From assembly GCA_021201475.1 (NCBI GenBank), contig JAJQEV010000079.1, positions 1-18,578 of the forward strand: DNA of 18,578 nucleotides. Direction: 5' to 3'. The stretch comes from Clostridiales bacterium (GTDB taxonomy: Bacteria; Bacillota; Clostridia; Oscillospirales; Oscillospiraceae). Of this stretch, positions 8,237-18,014 are shown piece after piece; the first letter of the stretch is position 1; each line of letters opens with the position of its first letter. The translations under genes were made by a program, and so were the position numbers. The notes beneath the pieces were generated by a model. That model was not told the DNA's origin. It did no database searches and saw nothing but the letters and a program-made list of their open reading frames with translations.

Positions 8237-9975
8237 GGTGCATCCTCCGTTCGTTTCCGGCTGCTGACCGCCAAAAGGTCGCGGTCGTCCGCAATGCCGT
8301 CCTTCGTATGTTCTGTCTGGATGGTTCTGATATAATCTGCCAGCGCCGCCTCGCTGTTTTGCAGCGACTCCGGCTTCTGGGCAATGGTGGCAATATGGCT
8401 CATCTCCTGGTTGTCCAGCAGGGAGCCCAGCACCTCGATGGGGGTGTCCTTCCCCTCTTCCCAGCGGCTTTGCAGGATGCCGAACACCTTGCCCAGCACC
8501 TGGGAGGAGAACTCCTCCTGCCGCAGCCCCTCCGTCTGGGCCAGCAACTCCGGTGCCAGCAGCAGCAGGCGGATGACGCCCTCCTCCGCCATGGCCGAGC
8601 GCACGTTCCGGTAGCGGAACTGCCGCTCCGTGGGCTGGTTCTCCGCCGCCGGGGTCAGGGCCTTCCGGTCGGCCTGCTTCTTCTGCTGCCAGCCCAGCCG
8701 ACTGCGCTGCCGCTCCACCTCGGAGAGCATGGCCGCCTTATCGATGCCCGCCGCCTCCGCCGCCTGAGCGCCGTAAATCTCCCGCTCCACCGGGCTGCTG
8801 AGCCGAGCCAGCAGGTCTGCCGCCTCCTGGAGGTACTGCACCTTCTGGTCGTCCGCAGTCAGGTCGTACTTCTGCTGGATTTGGCCGATGCGGTAGGGTA
8901 TCTGCCCCGCCGCCCCGTCGATGAGCCGCTGGAAGGCGTTATGTCCATACTTCTTGATATACTCATCCGGGTCCTTGGCGCCCGTGACCCGCAGCACCCG
9001 GACGTTCACCCCCGTCTTGTTTAAAAGGCCGATGGCCCGCTGGGCGGCGTTGATGCCTGCCTGGTCGCCGTCGTAGGAGATGACCACCTCTTTCGTGTAC
9101 TTGGCCAGCAGCCGCGCGTGGTTCTCTGTCAGGGAGGTACCCAGGGAGGCCACCGCGCAGTCGAATCCTCCCTGGTGCAGGGCGATGGTGTCCATATAGC
9201 CTTCGGTGAGAATGAGATATCCCGCCTTGGACTTCTTCGCCAGGTTCAGGGCGAACAGGTTCTTGCTCTTGTTGTAAATCACAGTGTCCGGCGAGTTCAG
9301 GTATTTCGGGGTGGAATCGTCCAGCACCCGCCCACCGAAGCCGATGACGTTGCCCCGCAGGTCGATGATGGGGAACATGACCCGGCCCCGAAACCGGTCA
9401 TACACGCCGCCCTTCTTGGACTGCACCGCAAGCCCCGCGTCCAGCAATTCCAGCTTGGAGTAACCCAGTTCTGTCATAGCCCGTATCAGCCCGTCCCATT
9501 CCGGGAGGGAGTACCCCAGGCCGAAGTTCGTCACCGTCCGCCTGGAGAGGCCCCGCCGGGCGAAGTAGTCCTGCCCCTGCTGGCCCTGGGGGCCGGTCAG
9601 GTTGGCGTGGAAGTACCGCGCCGCCTCTTTGTTCAGGCTCAGCAGCCGCTCCCGCTTCTTCGCCTCACCCCGGTCTCCGTTGTCCTCCGGCATGGGCATC
9701 CCCGCCCGCTGAGCCAGGATGCCCACCGCGTCCACAAAGCCGACACCCTCCGCCTCCATGACGAAGTTAATCAGGTGGCCTCCCTTGTGGCAACCGAAGC
9801 AGTAGTACATCTGCTTCTCCGGCGTGATGGAGAAGGAGGGGGTCTTTTCACTGTGGAAGGGGCAGCAGCCCCAGTAGCGGTTGCCCTTCTTTTGCAGCGT
9901 GGTGTAGCCGGAGGCCACGTCCACCAAATCGACCCGCTCATTCAGCTCCTCCAAAAAGGCTTCCGGGATTGCCAT
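8233..9975 (-). CDS. dnaG: DNA primase DnaG.
   Basis: N-terminal zinc-binding domain ([23 protein letters not shown]), TOPRIM core ([14 protein letters not shown]) and a GGAGGGGG RBS. The dnaG-sigA operon arrangement is conserved. Confidence 0.97.
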
Positions 9976-10144
9976 GTTCCCCCTCCATTCTGCTATTTTA
10001 TCTATTTTGGGCGATTCCCTGCGCGATATACCAGACGTGCGTGAAATTTCCGCGCAATTCCACCTCTATCAATAGAATACGCGACCCGCCCCGTTTTTCC
10101 TCTTACATTCCGGGGAAATTTTCAAATTTTTCTGCCCAGGGACA

Positions 10145-10176
10145 AAAAGCGGAACAGACGCCGGATACACGGCGTC
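10145..10176 (-). terminator. Possible terminator downstream of mgtE.
   Basis: Minus-strand stem gacgccg / cggcguc with a 6-nt loop. The U5 run sits about 8 nt after the stem, so it is weak. Confidence 0.3.
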
Positions 10177-10206
10177 CATTCCGATTTTGGGTGCGCTCCA
10201 GCCGGA

Positions 10207-11580
10207 CTATAGCACGTCCAGCAGCGTCTTCGCCAGCTCAAAGTAAATCAGCAGCGAGACCGCGTCCACAATGGTGGTGATAAAGGGGGAGGCCATCACG
10301 GCCGGGTCAAAGCCCAGCTTGTTGGTCAGCATGGGCAGGGTGCAGCCAATCAGCTTGGCACAGATGATGGTCAGCAGCAGCGTCAGGCACACCACGGCGT
10401 CCACCGCCAGGGTGATATCCGTCCGGCCAAACAGCGTCCGGTCCACCAGCCAAATCTTCACAAAGTTCACCACGGCCAGCGTTACGCCGCAACACAGGGC
10501 TACCCGCAGTTCCTTCCAAATGACCTGAAGGAGGTCCCGGAACTCGATCTCCCCCAGGGACAGGCCGCGAATCACGGTGACGGAAGCCTGGGAGCCGGAG
10601 TTGCCGCCGGTATCCATCAGCATGGGAATGAAGCCGGTCAGCGCCACGCAGGCGGCCAAGGCGGCCTCAAAGCTGTCAATAATCAGCCCGGTGAAGGTGG
10701 CGGACACCATCAGCAGCATCAGCCAGGGGATTCGGGCCTTCCAGGTGTCAAACACGCCGGTACGCAGATAGGACTGCTCATTGGGGACGATGGCGGCCAT
10801 CTTCTGGATGTCCTCCGTAGCCTCTTCCTGCAAGACGTCCACGGCGTCGTCCACCGTGATGATGCCCACCAGACGGTTCTCCTTATCCACCACGGCAAGG
10901 CTCATCAGGTCGTACTTCTTCATCAGGTTGGCGGCCTCTTCCTGGTCGTCCGTGGTGTAGCAGTTGATGACGTTGGTGTTCATAATATCCTGAATGTGAT
11001 CCTCATACTTGTGCATGAGCAAATCTTTCACCGAGACAACGCCCTCCAGGTGGCGGCTCTTGTCGATGACAAACAGGATATAGATGGTTTCCTTATTCTG
11101 CCCGTGGGCGCGGATATAGTCGAAGGACTGACTCACCGTCATGTCCTTGTGGAGGGCGATATATTCGGCAGTCATAATGCTGCCGGCCGAATTATCCGGG
11201 TAGTTCAGGAACTGGTTAATGGTCTTGCGGGTGTCCGGTTTGGCGTTCTCCAGCACACGGCGCACCACGGAGGCGGGCAGTTCCTCCAGCATATCCACCG
11301 CATCGTCCACAAACAGATCCTCCACGATGTTCTGAACCTCGTTATCGGTCATGCCGTTAATTAGTTCCCGCTGCACCTCCACCGGAAGATAGGCGAACAC
11401 ATCGCTGGCCAGGTCCTTGGACAGCATCCGAAACACGAGAGTGGCCTGCTCGCTGCTCAGATCCTCCAAAAAGTCGGCAATGTCTGCCTCATTTAACTTT
11501 TCTAACACGAATTTCAGCTTCCGGAACTGTTTCGTCTCCACCAGTTCCTTCAGCTCTTCTATATGGATTTCAATATTCAA
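10207..11580 (-). CDS. mgtE: Magnesium transporter MgtE (N-domain, CBS pair and TM domain).
   Basis: Sequence features: CBS pair region, GGNSGSQASV motif and C-terminal TM helices. The start is a TTG preceded by AGGAGG. Confidence 0.95.
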   Translation of the reverse strand: MNIEIHIEELKELVETKQFRKLKFVLEKLNEADIADFLEDLSSEQATLVFRMLSKDLASDVFAYLPVEVQRELINGMTDNEVQNIVEDLFVDDAVDMLEELPASVVRRVLENAKPDTRKTINQFLNYPDNSAGSIMTAEYIALHKDMTVSQSFDYIRAHGQNKETIYILFVIDKSRHLEGVVSVKDLLMHKYEDHIQDIMNTNVINCYTTDDQEEAANLMKKYDLMSLAVVDKENRLVGIITVDDAVDVLQEEATEDIQKMAAIVPNEQSYLRTGVFDTWKARIPWLMLLMVSATFTGLIIDSFEAALAACVALTGFIPMLMDTGGNSGSQASVTVIRGLSLGEIEFRDLLQVIWKELRVALCCGVTLAVVNFVKIWLVDRTLFGRTDITLAVDAVVCLTLLLTIICAKLIGCTLPMLTNKLGFDPAVMASPFITTIVDAVSLLIYFELAKTLLDVL

Positions 11581-11869
11581 TTTCCTCTACCTCCTAAACA
11601 TCAAAACATCAAAGAAACGTTGTGTCGGGAGGCAGGCGGCGAACGATCACTCCTTACGCCTTTGCTCTAAAAACTGGTTGCGCTGTATTGGACTGACAGT
11701 TAGAGCCGGGTCAGCACAGCGCCTCAGCCCGCAGGTGACTGAGACCTTTGACTGTGACCCACAAGGGAACCGGAGCATCCGTTCCGTCAGACCTGCAACT
11801 TCGACCGCTTGCGTCCATCAAATTCTCATCACCTTTCCATGAAAAAATACAGAAAACGCCACTATATTT

Positions 11870-11898
11870 ATTATGCCAGAAAACCCGCCCCGCGTCAA
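11870..11898 (-). promoter_or_regulatory. Sigma-70-type promoter on the minus strand, giving a leader of about 280 nt for mgtE.
   Basis: In minus-strand sense: TTGACG, a 17-nt spacer, then TGgCATAAT. The extended -10 is the same as at the carA promoter. Confidence 0.5.
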
Positions 11899-12084
11899 AT
11901 AAAAAAAGCCGTTTTTTCCTGTTTTCTCCCGGAAAATCTTCGTCATTTTGCCATAGGGAATCGACAGAGACAGTATGGCCGACTGCGCCCTGTTACAGCT
12001 TTCCCGAGAATGGGGCGTTCATACATGGCAGAAGGGATTGCCCGCTCGGCGGGCAAAACATTGTTCCTTCTAATATCTTTATCC

Positions 12085-12130
12085 AAAGAAAGAAAAGCCT
12101 CCGTTTGAGGGCTTACCCTCAAACGGAGGC
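12085..12130 (-). terminator. Rho-independent terminator of carB.
   Basis: Perfect 15-bp stem gcctccgtttgaggg / ccctcaaacggaggc with a 4-nt loop, followed on the minus strand by UUUUCUUUCUUU. Confidence 0.8.
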
Positions 12131-12163
12131 TCAGGACGTTCATGTGGGTTATGCGCACCGGGG

Positions 12164-15100
12164 TCAAATCTCGGTGATGTCGATGGGTACCAGCTCCTCG
12201 CTGCGGCCCTGCTCCCGGGCGGTGAGGATGGCGTGGGCGGTGTCGATGGCAGTCAGGCACAGCACAGAGTGCTCCACCGCCATCCGGCGAATCTTCACAC
12301 CGTCACCGTCCTCCCGCTTGGAGCGGCGGGGGGTGTTGACGATGACGTTCACCGTGCCGGACTGAATCATATCCCCGATGTTGGGGTGGGCGGCCCCCAG
12401 CTTATGGATGAACTTCACGTTTACGCCTCGCTCCTTCAGGTAGGCGTAGGTACCACGGGTGGCGAACAGCTCGATGCCCAAATCCTCCATCTCCTTGGCA
12501 ATGGAGATGATTTCGGGCTTGTCCTCATCCTTCACCGTCAGGATGGCACGGCAGCCCCGCTTGGGCACCTTCATGTTGGCCCCCTTGAAGGCCTTCATCA
12601 GGGCCTGGGGGAAGCTCTCCGCAATGCCCAGGCATTCGCCTGTGGACTTCATTTCAGGGCCAAGGTTGATGTCCACATCGGTCAGCTTCTCAAAGGAGAA
12701 CACCGGCATTTTCACGGCGTAATAGTTGGCCTCCGGGTACAGGCCGGTGCCGTAGGGCAGATCCTTCAGCTTCTCCCCCAGCATGACCCGGGTGGCCAGG
12801 TCGATGATGGGGACGTTCGTCACCTTGGAGATATAGGGGATGGTACGGGAGGAACGGGGGTTGGCCTCGATGATATACACCGTGTCGTTATAGATGATGA
12901 ACTGCACGTTGATGAGGCCGATGACCCCCAGGTGCTTGGCCAGATTCTTGGTGTGCTGCAAGATGGTCTGCTTGTGCTTCTCCTCCACATGGAGGGGGGG
13001 ATAGACGGCGATGGAGTCGCCGGAGTGGATACCGGCCCGTTCCACGTGTTCCATAATGCCGGGAATGAGGATATCCTCCCCGTCGAACACGCCGTCCACT
13101 TCCACCTCACGGCCCATCAGATACTTGTCCACCAGGATGGGATGCTCCTGGACGGTCATGCTGATGATGTTCATAAAGGAGCGGATGTCCTCGTCTTTGT
13201 AGGCAATCTCCATGCCCTGGCCGCCCAGCACATAGGAGGGGCGCACCAGCACGGGGTAGCCCACCTCGTTGGCGGCGCGGAGGGCCTGCTCGGTGGTGAA
13301 CACGGTGCGGCCCTCGGCCCGGGGGATGCCGCACTTGCGGAGGATGACATCGAACCGCTCCCGGTCCTCCGCCGCGTCCACGCCGTCAGCGTCGGTACCC
13401 AGAATCTTCACGCCCATATCGGTAAGGGCCTGGGCCAGCTTGATGGCGGTCTGGCCGCCGAACTGCACCACCGCCCCGTCGGGATGCTCCAGCTCTACCA
13501 CGTGCTCCACGTCCTCGGCGGTCAGCGGCTCGAAGTACAGCCGGTCGGCAATGTCAAAGTCGGTGGAGACGGTCTCCGGATTATTGTTGATGATGATGGT
13601 CTCGTAGCCCTGGCGTTTCAGCGCCCAGACGGAGTGGACGGAGCAGTAGTCAAACTCGATGCCCTGGCCGATACGGATGGGGCCGGAGCCCAGCACCAGC
13701 ACCTTCTTCCGGTCGGTGGGGATGGACTCGTTTTCATCGTCATAGGTGGAGTAGTAATAGGGGGTCTGGGCCTCGAACTCCGCCGCGCAGGTGTCCACCA
13801 TCTTGAAGGAGGGGTGGATGTTGTACAGCTTCCGCAGGTCGCGGATGTGGGTGCGGGTGGTACCGGACAGCTCGGCGATCAGCGTATCGCCAAAGCCCAG
13901 CTCCTTGGCCTGGCGCAGCACCTCCCGGTTGGGGACGCCCTTTTTCAGGGTGTTCTCCATCTCCACGATGTTGTTCAGGCGGTCCAGGAACCAGATGTCG
14001 ATTTTGGTGATGTGGTTGATTTCCTCCGCGGAGATACCCCGGCGCAAGGCCTCGGCGCAGACGAAGATGCGCTCGTCGTCAATGACATACAGCTTGTCCC
14101 GAATCTCGTCGGTGTGCATCTGGGCCAGCTTGGGCAACTGGAGGGAGGAAACGTGCTGCTCCAGGGAGCGGATGGCCTTCATCAGCCCGGCCTCGAAGCT
14201 GTTGCCGATGGCCATGACCTCGCCGGTGGCCTTCATCTGGGTACCCAGGGTGCGGCTGGCGGTGACGAACTTGTCAAAGGGCAGGCGGGGGATTTTCAAC
14301 ACACAGTAATCCAGCGCCGGTTCAAAGCAGGCGGTGGTCTTGCCGGTGACGGCGTTGGGTATCTCGTCCAGGGTGTAGCCCAGGGCGATTTTGGCGGCTA
14401 CCTTGGCGATGGGGTAGCCGGTGGCCTTGGAGGCCAGGGCGGAGGAGCGGCTGACACGGGGGTTCACCTCAATGACCGCGTACTCGTAGGAGTCAGGGTT
14501 CAGGGCGAACTGGCAGTTGCAGCCGCCTTCGATTTCCAGGGCGGAGATGATGTCCAGCGCGGCGGTGCGGAGCATCTGATACTCCTTGTTGGCCAGGGTC
14601 TGGGTGGGGGCCACCACGATGGAGTCGCCGGTGTGGACGCCCACAGGGTCGATGTTCTCCATGCCGCAGATGGTGATAACGTTGCCTGCGGAGTCCCGCA
14701 TGACCTCGAACTCGATTTCCTTCCAGCCGGAGATGCACCGCTCGATGAGGCACTCGTGGACGCGGCTCAGGTTCAGGCCACGGTCGCAAATCTCCCGGAG
14801 CATGACCTCGTCATAGGCGATGCCGCCGCCGGTGCCCCCCAGGGTGTAGGCGGGGCGGACGATGACCGGGTAGCCGATGGTGTTGGTGAAGTCCACGGCG
14901 GCCTGCACGTCATGCACCACCTCGGAGGTGACGCAGGGCTGGCCGATGGATTCCATGGTGTCCTTAAAGCCCTGGCGGTCCTCCGCCTTATGGATGGAGG
15001 CGGCGCTGGTGCCCAGCAGCCGGACGTTGAACTTGTCCAGCGTGCCGTCCTCATACAGGTTCATGGCCAGGTTCAGCCCTACCTGACCGCCCAGGGTGGG

Positions 15101-15361
15101 CAGCACGGCGTCGGGGCGCTCCTTCTCAATGACCTCGGCCAGGGTGAAGCAGTTCAGCGGCTCGATGTAAACGTGGTCGGCCACGTCCTTATCCGTCATG
15201 ATGGTGGCGGGGTTGGAGTTGACCAGCACCACCTCGATGCCCTCCTCCTTCAGGGAGCGGCAGGCCTGGGTGCCCGCGTAGTCAAACTCGGCGGCCTGGC
15301 CGATGATGATGGGGCCGGAGCCGATGACCAATACCTTTTTTAAGCTCTTATCCAGCGGCAT
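12164..15361 (-). CDS. carB: Carbamoyl-phosphate synthase large subunit.
   Basis: Two ATP-grasp halves and an MGS-like C-terminus (KKVLVIGSGPIIIGQAAEFDYAGTQ...). The preferred start is ATG at 15361 (MPLDKSLKK), which has a GGAAGGAG RBS and lies 1 nt after the carA TGA. The track's longer ORF to 15400 is an upstream extension. Confidence 0.96.
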   Translation of the reverse strand: MPLDKSLKKVLVIGSGPIIIGQAAEFDYAGTQACRSLKEEGIEVVLVNSNPATIMTDKDVADHVYIEPLNCFTLAEVIEKERPDAVLPTLGGQVGLNLAMNLYEDGTLDKFNVRLLGTSAASIHKAEDRQGFKDTMESIGQPCVTSEVVHDVQAAVDFTNTIGYPVIVRPAYTLGGTGGGIAYDEVMLREICDRGLNLSRVHECLIERCISGWKEIEFEVMRDSAGNVITICGMENIDPVGVHTGDSIVVAPTQTLANKEYQMLRTAALDIISALEIEGGCNCQFALNPDSYEYAVIEVNPRVSRSSALASKATGYPIAKVAAKIALGYTLDEIPNAVTGKTTACFEPALDYCVLKIPRLPFDKFVTASRTLGTQMKATGEVMAIGNSFEAGLMKAIRSLEQHVSSLQLPKLAQMHTDEIRDKLYVIDDERIFVCAEALRRGISAEEINHITKIDIWFLDRLNNIVEMENTLKKGVPNREVLRQAKELGFGDTLIAELSGTTRTHIRDLRKLYNIHPSFKMVDTCAAEFEAQTPYYYSTYDDENESIPTDRKKVLVLGSGPIRIGQGIEFDYCSVHSVWALKRQGYETIIINNNPETVSTDFDIADRLYFEPLTAEDVEHVVELEHPDGAVVQFGGQTAIKLAQALTDMGVKILGTDADGVDAAEDRERFDVILRKCGIPRAEGRTVFTTEQALRAANEVGYPVLVRPSYVLGGQGMEIAYKDEDIRSFMNIISMTVQEHPILVDKYLMGREVEVDGVFDGEDILIPGIMEHVERAGIHSGDSIAVYPPLHVEEKHKQTILQHTKNLAKHLGVIGLINVQFIIYNDTVYIIEANPRSSRTIPYISKVTNVPIIDLATRVMLGEKLKDLPYGTGLYPEANYYAVKMPVFSFEKLTDVDINLGPEMKSTGECLGIAESFPQALMKAFKGANMKVPKRGCRAILTVKDEDKPEIISIAKEMEDLGIELFATRGTYAYLKERGVNVKFIHKLGAAHPNIGDMIQSGTVNVIVNTPRRSKREDGDGVKIRRMAVEHSVLCLTAIDTAHAILTAREQGRSEELVPIDITEI

Positions 15362-15362
15362 T

Positions 15363-16457
15363 TCAGTTCGCTCCTTCCTGCTCCGCTTTGGCGGCGGCAA
15401 TCATGGCGTCAAACTCGTCAAACAGATAATCGGTGTCCACCGGGCCGGGGGAGGCCTCCGGGTGAAACTGGACGGTGAAGATGTGCTTGCCCTTATAGCG
15501 CAGGCCCTCCACGGTGCCGTCGTTCACGTTGACGTGGCTGATTTCCGCCACATTGGGGTCGATGCTGTCCGCCTTGATGACGTAGCCGTGGTTCTGGCTG
15601 GTGATGAAGCAGCGGCCCCGGGCCAAGTCCTTCACCGGATGGTTGGCCCCCCGGTGACCGAAGGGCATCTTCTCACTCTTGGCGCCGGTGGCCAGGGCCA
15701 TGAGCTGGTGGCCCAGGCAGATGGCGAAGATGGGCAGGTCGGAGTCGTACAGCTTCTTCACCTCGGCGATGATTTCTGTGCAGTCCGCCGGGTCGCCGGG
15801 GCCGTTGGACAGCATGACGGCGTCAAAGTTGCCATTCAGCACGGTCTCCGCCGGGGTGTGGGCGGGGAACAGGGTGATGTCCATCCCCCTGGCGTTCAGG
15901 CGGCGAATCATATTCAGCTTCTGCCCGAAGTCGTACATAGCCAGGCGGTAGCCGTCTCCAGCGAAATGCTCCACATGGTCGGTGGAGGTCTTTTCCACCG
16001 TGCCGGAGACCCGGTAGGCGCGGATTTTCTCCAGGCACTCCTCCATAGAAAAATTCTCCGCACAGGTAATCATGCCGTTCATAACACCCTGATCGCGGAG
16101 AATACGAGTGACAGCCCGGGTGTCGATGTCCTGAATACCGGTGATGTCATGCTCCTTTAAATAGTTGTTCAACGTGTCCTCACAGCGGAAGTTGCTCCCC
16201 CTGGTGGCCAGATGGCGCATCAGGAAGGCGTCCGCCCAGGGGCGGCGGCTCTCATTGTCCTCATGGTTCACGCCGTAGTTGCCAATCAGGGGATACGTCA
16301 TAATCACGCCCTGGCCCGCATAGGAGGGGTCGGTCAGAATCTCCTGATAGCCCACCATGGACGTGTTGAACACCATCTCACAGATACAGTCCTTCGTGCT
16401 GCCGATGCTGCTGCCCTCAAAGGTATCGCCGTTTTCCAGGATTAAGGTCGCCTTCAT
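15363..16457 (-). CDS. carA: Carbamoyl-phosphate synthase small (glutamine amidotransferase) subunit.
   Basis: The start MKATLILENGDTFEG is the canonical CarA N-terminus. The GATase catalytic residues are Cys (ICLGHQL) and His (FHPE). The RBS is AAGGTGG. The track ORF extends upstream to 16640 across the leader. Confidence 0.94.
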   Translation of the reverse strand: MKATLILENGDTFEGSSIGSTKDCICEMVFNTSMVGYQEILTDPSYAGQGVIMTYPLIGNYGVNHEDNESRRPWADAFLMRHLATRGSNFRCEDTLNNYLKEHDITGIQDIDTRAVTRILRDQGVMNGMITCAENFSMEECLEKIRAYRVSGTVEKTSTDHVEHFAGDGYRLAMYDFGQKLNMIRRLNARGMDITLFPAHTPAETVLNGNFDAVMLSNGPGDPADCTEIIAEVKKLYDSDLPIFAICLGHQLMALATGAKSEKMPFGHRGANHPVKDLARGRCFITSQNHGYVIKADSIDPNVAEISHVNVNDGTVEGLRYKGKHIFTVQFHPEASPGPVDTDYLFDEFDAMIAAAKAEQEGAN

Positions 16458-16541
16458 ATCCCGCATTCCACCTTTCTGATTTCTAACTCCTTCGGGGATA
16501 CACCGCAGCCCTGTCCGGCGGCGGGCCTTCCCACAGGCTTG

Positions 16542-16572
16542 AAAAAACAGGAAGTGCCGCGCGTCACATTCC
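16542..16572 (-). terminator. Putative leader attenuator or terminator in the carA 5' UTR.
   Basis: The minus-strand RNA reads ggaaugug acgcgcgg cacuucc ug UUUUUU. The stem is 7 bp with one bulge, followed by a U6 run, about 85 nt upstream of the carA start. Confidence 0.35.
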
Positions 16573-16610
16573 GTACCCGCGTAGAACTTCCCTGCATTCA
16601 TTCTTCGCTC

Positions 16611-16639
16611 TATTATGCCACAAAACGAAGGGGAATGCA
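16611..16639 (-). promoter_or_regulatory. Sigma-70-type promoter of the carAB operon.
   Basis: In minus-strand sense: TTGCAT, a 17-nt spacer, then TGgCATAAT (extended -10). Confidence 0.55.
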
Positions 16640-16746
16640 ACTAGAGAATTTTGCATTTTTCGATTTCTCCAACCCTGCCAAGGAAGCACCCATATTTTCC
16701 GCCCCCTTGGACACAATAACGGGAAAGAGGAAGGGGGAGCAGCGCT

Positions 16747-17424
16747 GTGGCGATTTGCATTTTGCGCACGGTGATTTTATATCTGCTGCTGGTGGTGAGT
16801 ATGCGCCTCATGGGGAAGAAGCAGGTGGGGGAGCTGGAGCCTGCGGAGCTGGTGCTGGCCATGGTGCTGTCCGACCTGGCCAGCGTCCCCATGCAGGACT
16901 TCGGCATCCCGCTGCTGTACGGGGTGCTGCCCATCCTGATTGTGGTGTGTCTGACGATGATGGTGTCGGTGCTGACGCTGAAAAGCGTCCGGTTCCGGGG
17001 GCTGGTCTGCGGCACCCCCAGCGTCATTGTGGAGAACGGCGTCATCTGTCAGCAGGCCATGGCGAAGAACCGGTTCACCGCCGATGAACTGCTGGAGGAG
17101 CTGCGGCTCCAGGGGGTCACTGACCTGAACACGGTGCGCTACGCCATTTTGGAAAACTCCGGCCAGGTGTCCGTCCTCCTGAAGGCGGACGAGCAGCCCC
17201 CCACCGCCCGCCAGCTGGGGTTGACGCCGGAGGAGGGCGGCCTGCCGGTGATGCTGGTCAGCGACGGCGCGGTGCTGGAGCAGAACCTCCGCCGCCGGGG
17301 GCTGACCCGCGCCTGGCTGAACGCCCAGCTGGCGGCCTGGCATGTGGCGCTGCGCGAGGTGTATCTGCTGACCATAGATCAGTCCGGCCAGCTGTATTTT
17401 GCCAGAAGGGAGGGGAAGACATGA
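16747..17424 (+). CDS. DUF421 (YetF/YdfS-like) membrane protein.
   Basis: GTG start with a GAGGAAGGGGGAG RBS. The N-terminal TM helices are ILYLLLVVSMRLMGKKQVGELEPAELVLAMVLSDLA, as in B. subtilis YetF-family proteins. Confidence 0.8.
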   Translation: MAICILRTVILYLLLVVSMRLMGKKQVGELEPAELVLAMVLSDLASVPMQDFGIPLLYGVLPILIVVCLTMMVSVLTLKSVRFRGLVCGTPSVIVENGVICQQAMAKNRFTADELLEELRLQGVTDLNTVRYAILENSGQVSVLLKADEQPPTARQLGLTPEEGGLPVMLVSDGAVLEQNLRRRGLTRAWLNAQLAAWHVALREVYLLTIDQSGQLYFARREGKT

Positions 17425-17801
17425 AACGGTTTTGGATCTGCGGGGGGCTGGTGCTGGCCCTGTTCGGGGGCGCGCTGCTGAACCTCTGGTATGTGGAAAC
17501 GGTGACGGGGTGCATTGTGGGCGACCTGAACCGGGCGGAGGCGGCGGTGGCTCAGGGGGATTGGGACGCCGCCCGCACCCTGACCGCCCAGGCCCAGGAG
17601 GTGTGGGAGGGCAGCCAGCTGTGGCTCTCCGTCACCCTGAGCCTGTGCGACACCGACGAGGTCAGTACCGGCTTCCAGGAGGTGCAGGGCTTCCTGCAAT
17701 GGGAGGCCGGGCCGGAGTATGACGGAGCCAACGGGACGCTGGTAGCCTATGTGGAGCATCTGGCGGAAACGGAGCGCATTACCATCCGCAACCTGCTGTA
17801 G
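17421..17801 (+). CDS. DUF4363-like small protein with an N-terminal membrane anchor.
   Basis: ATGA overlap with the DUF421 stop, which indicates translational coupling, plus a GGGAGGGG RBS. DUF421 and DUF4363 are typically encoded as a pair. Confidence 0.65.
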   Translation: MKRFWICGGLVLALFGGALLNLWYVETVTGCIVGDLNRAEAAVAQGDWDAARTLTAQAQEVWEGSQLWLSVTLSLCDTDEVSTGFQEVQGFLQWEAGPEYDGANGTLVAYVEHLAETERITIRNLL

Positions 17802-17868
17802 CCCGGAAGCCGGTAGTAATCCGGAGGTAACAATTTGTAACTTTTTTAATTTTTTGTCATTTTTTGCA

Positions 17869-17898
17869 TTGACAGTTCGGCCCTGCCTCTGCTATAAT
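17869..17898 (+). promoter_or_regulatory. Strong sigma-70-type promoter with an AT-rich UP element, driving the Big_2 gene.
   Basis: TTGACA at 17869-17874, an 18-nt spacer, then TATAAT at 17893-17898. The UP element is the A/T tracts ttttttaattttttgtcatttttt upstream. Confidence 0.6.
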
Positions 17899-18014
17899 AG
17901 GGAAGGTTCTGGCAAGTCTCTCTTTTTTGGAGCAAATTTGACGGACACTTTTTAAAAATAAATGTGGGTTCTTGCCACATCATGATAACTCTATGATACA
18001 GAGAGGAAGCAAAG

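Noticed and set aside
9976-10144. A dnaG promoter in the mgtE-dnaG intergenic region, for example TTGCGC, 18 nt, then TGgTATATC on the minus strand.
   Set aside because: The -35 and -10 hexamers are weak. dnaG may instead be read through from upstream. This is not confident enough to list as a feature.
11581-11900. M-box (Mg2+ riboswitch) upstream of mgtE.
   Set aside because: It is expected on biological grounds, but I could not find the conserved M-box sequence blocks by eye. It is reported only as a long leader that deserves a covariance-model scan.
12035-12060. Hairpin attgcccgc tcg gcgggcaa.
   Set aside because: It is a perfect 8-bp stem but has no flanking U-run on either strand. It lies between the carB terminator and the mgtE promoter, so its function is unclear and it is probably incidental.
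12233-15343. A very long antisense ORF (1036 aa) on the plus strand inside carB. Similar long ORFs lie at 7271-8335, 8194-9024 and 9118-10044 opposite sigA and dnaG.
   Set aside because: These are typical stop-codon-poor antisense frames of high-GC genes. Their translations are low-complexity (G/A/V/H/L/D-rich). The sense-strand products are unmistakable CarB, RpoD and DnaG.
15363-16640. Longer carA ORF starting MHSPSF at 16640. Also the carB extension starting MPPPKRSRK at 15400.
   Set aside because: The extensions cross the promoter and leader, have no RBS, and are non-homologous. The canonical N-termini MKATLILENG and MPLDKSLKKVLVIGSGPI have good RBSs.
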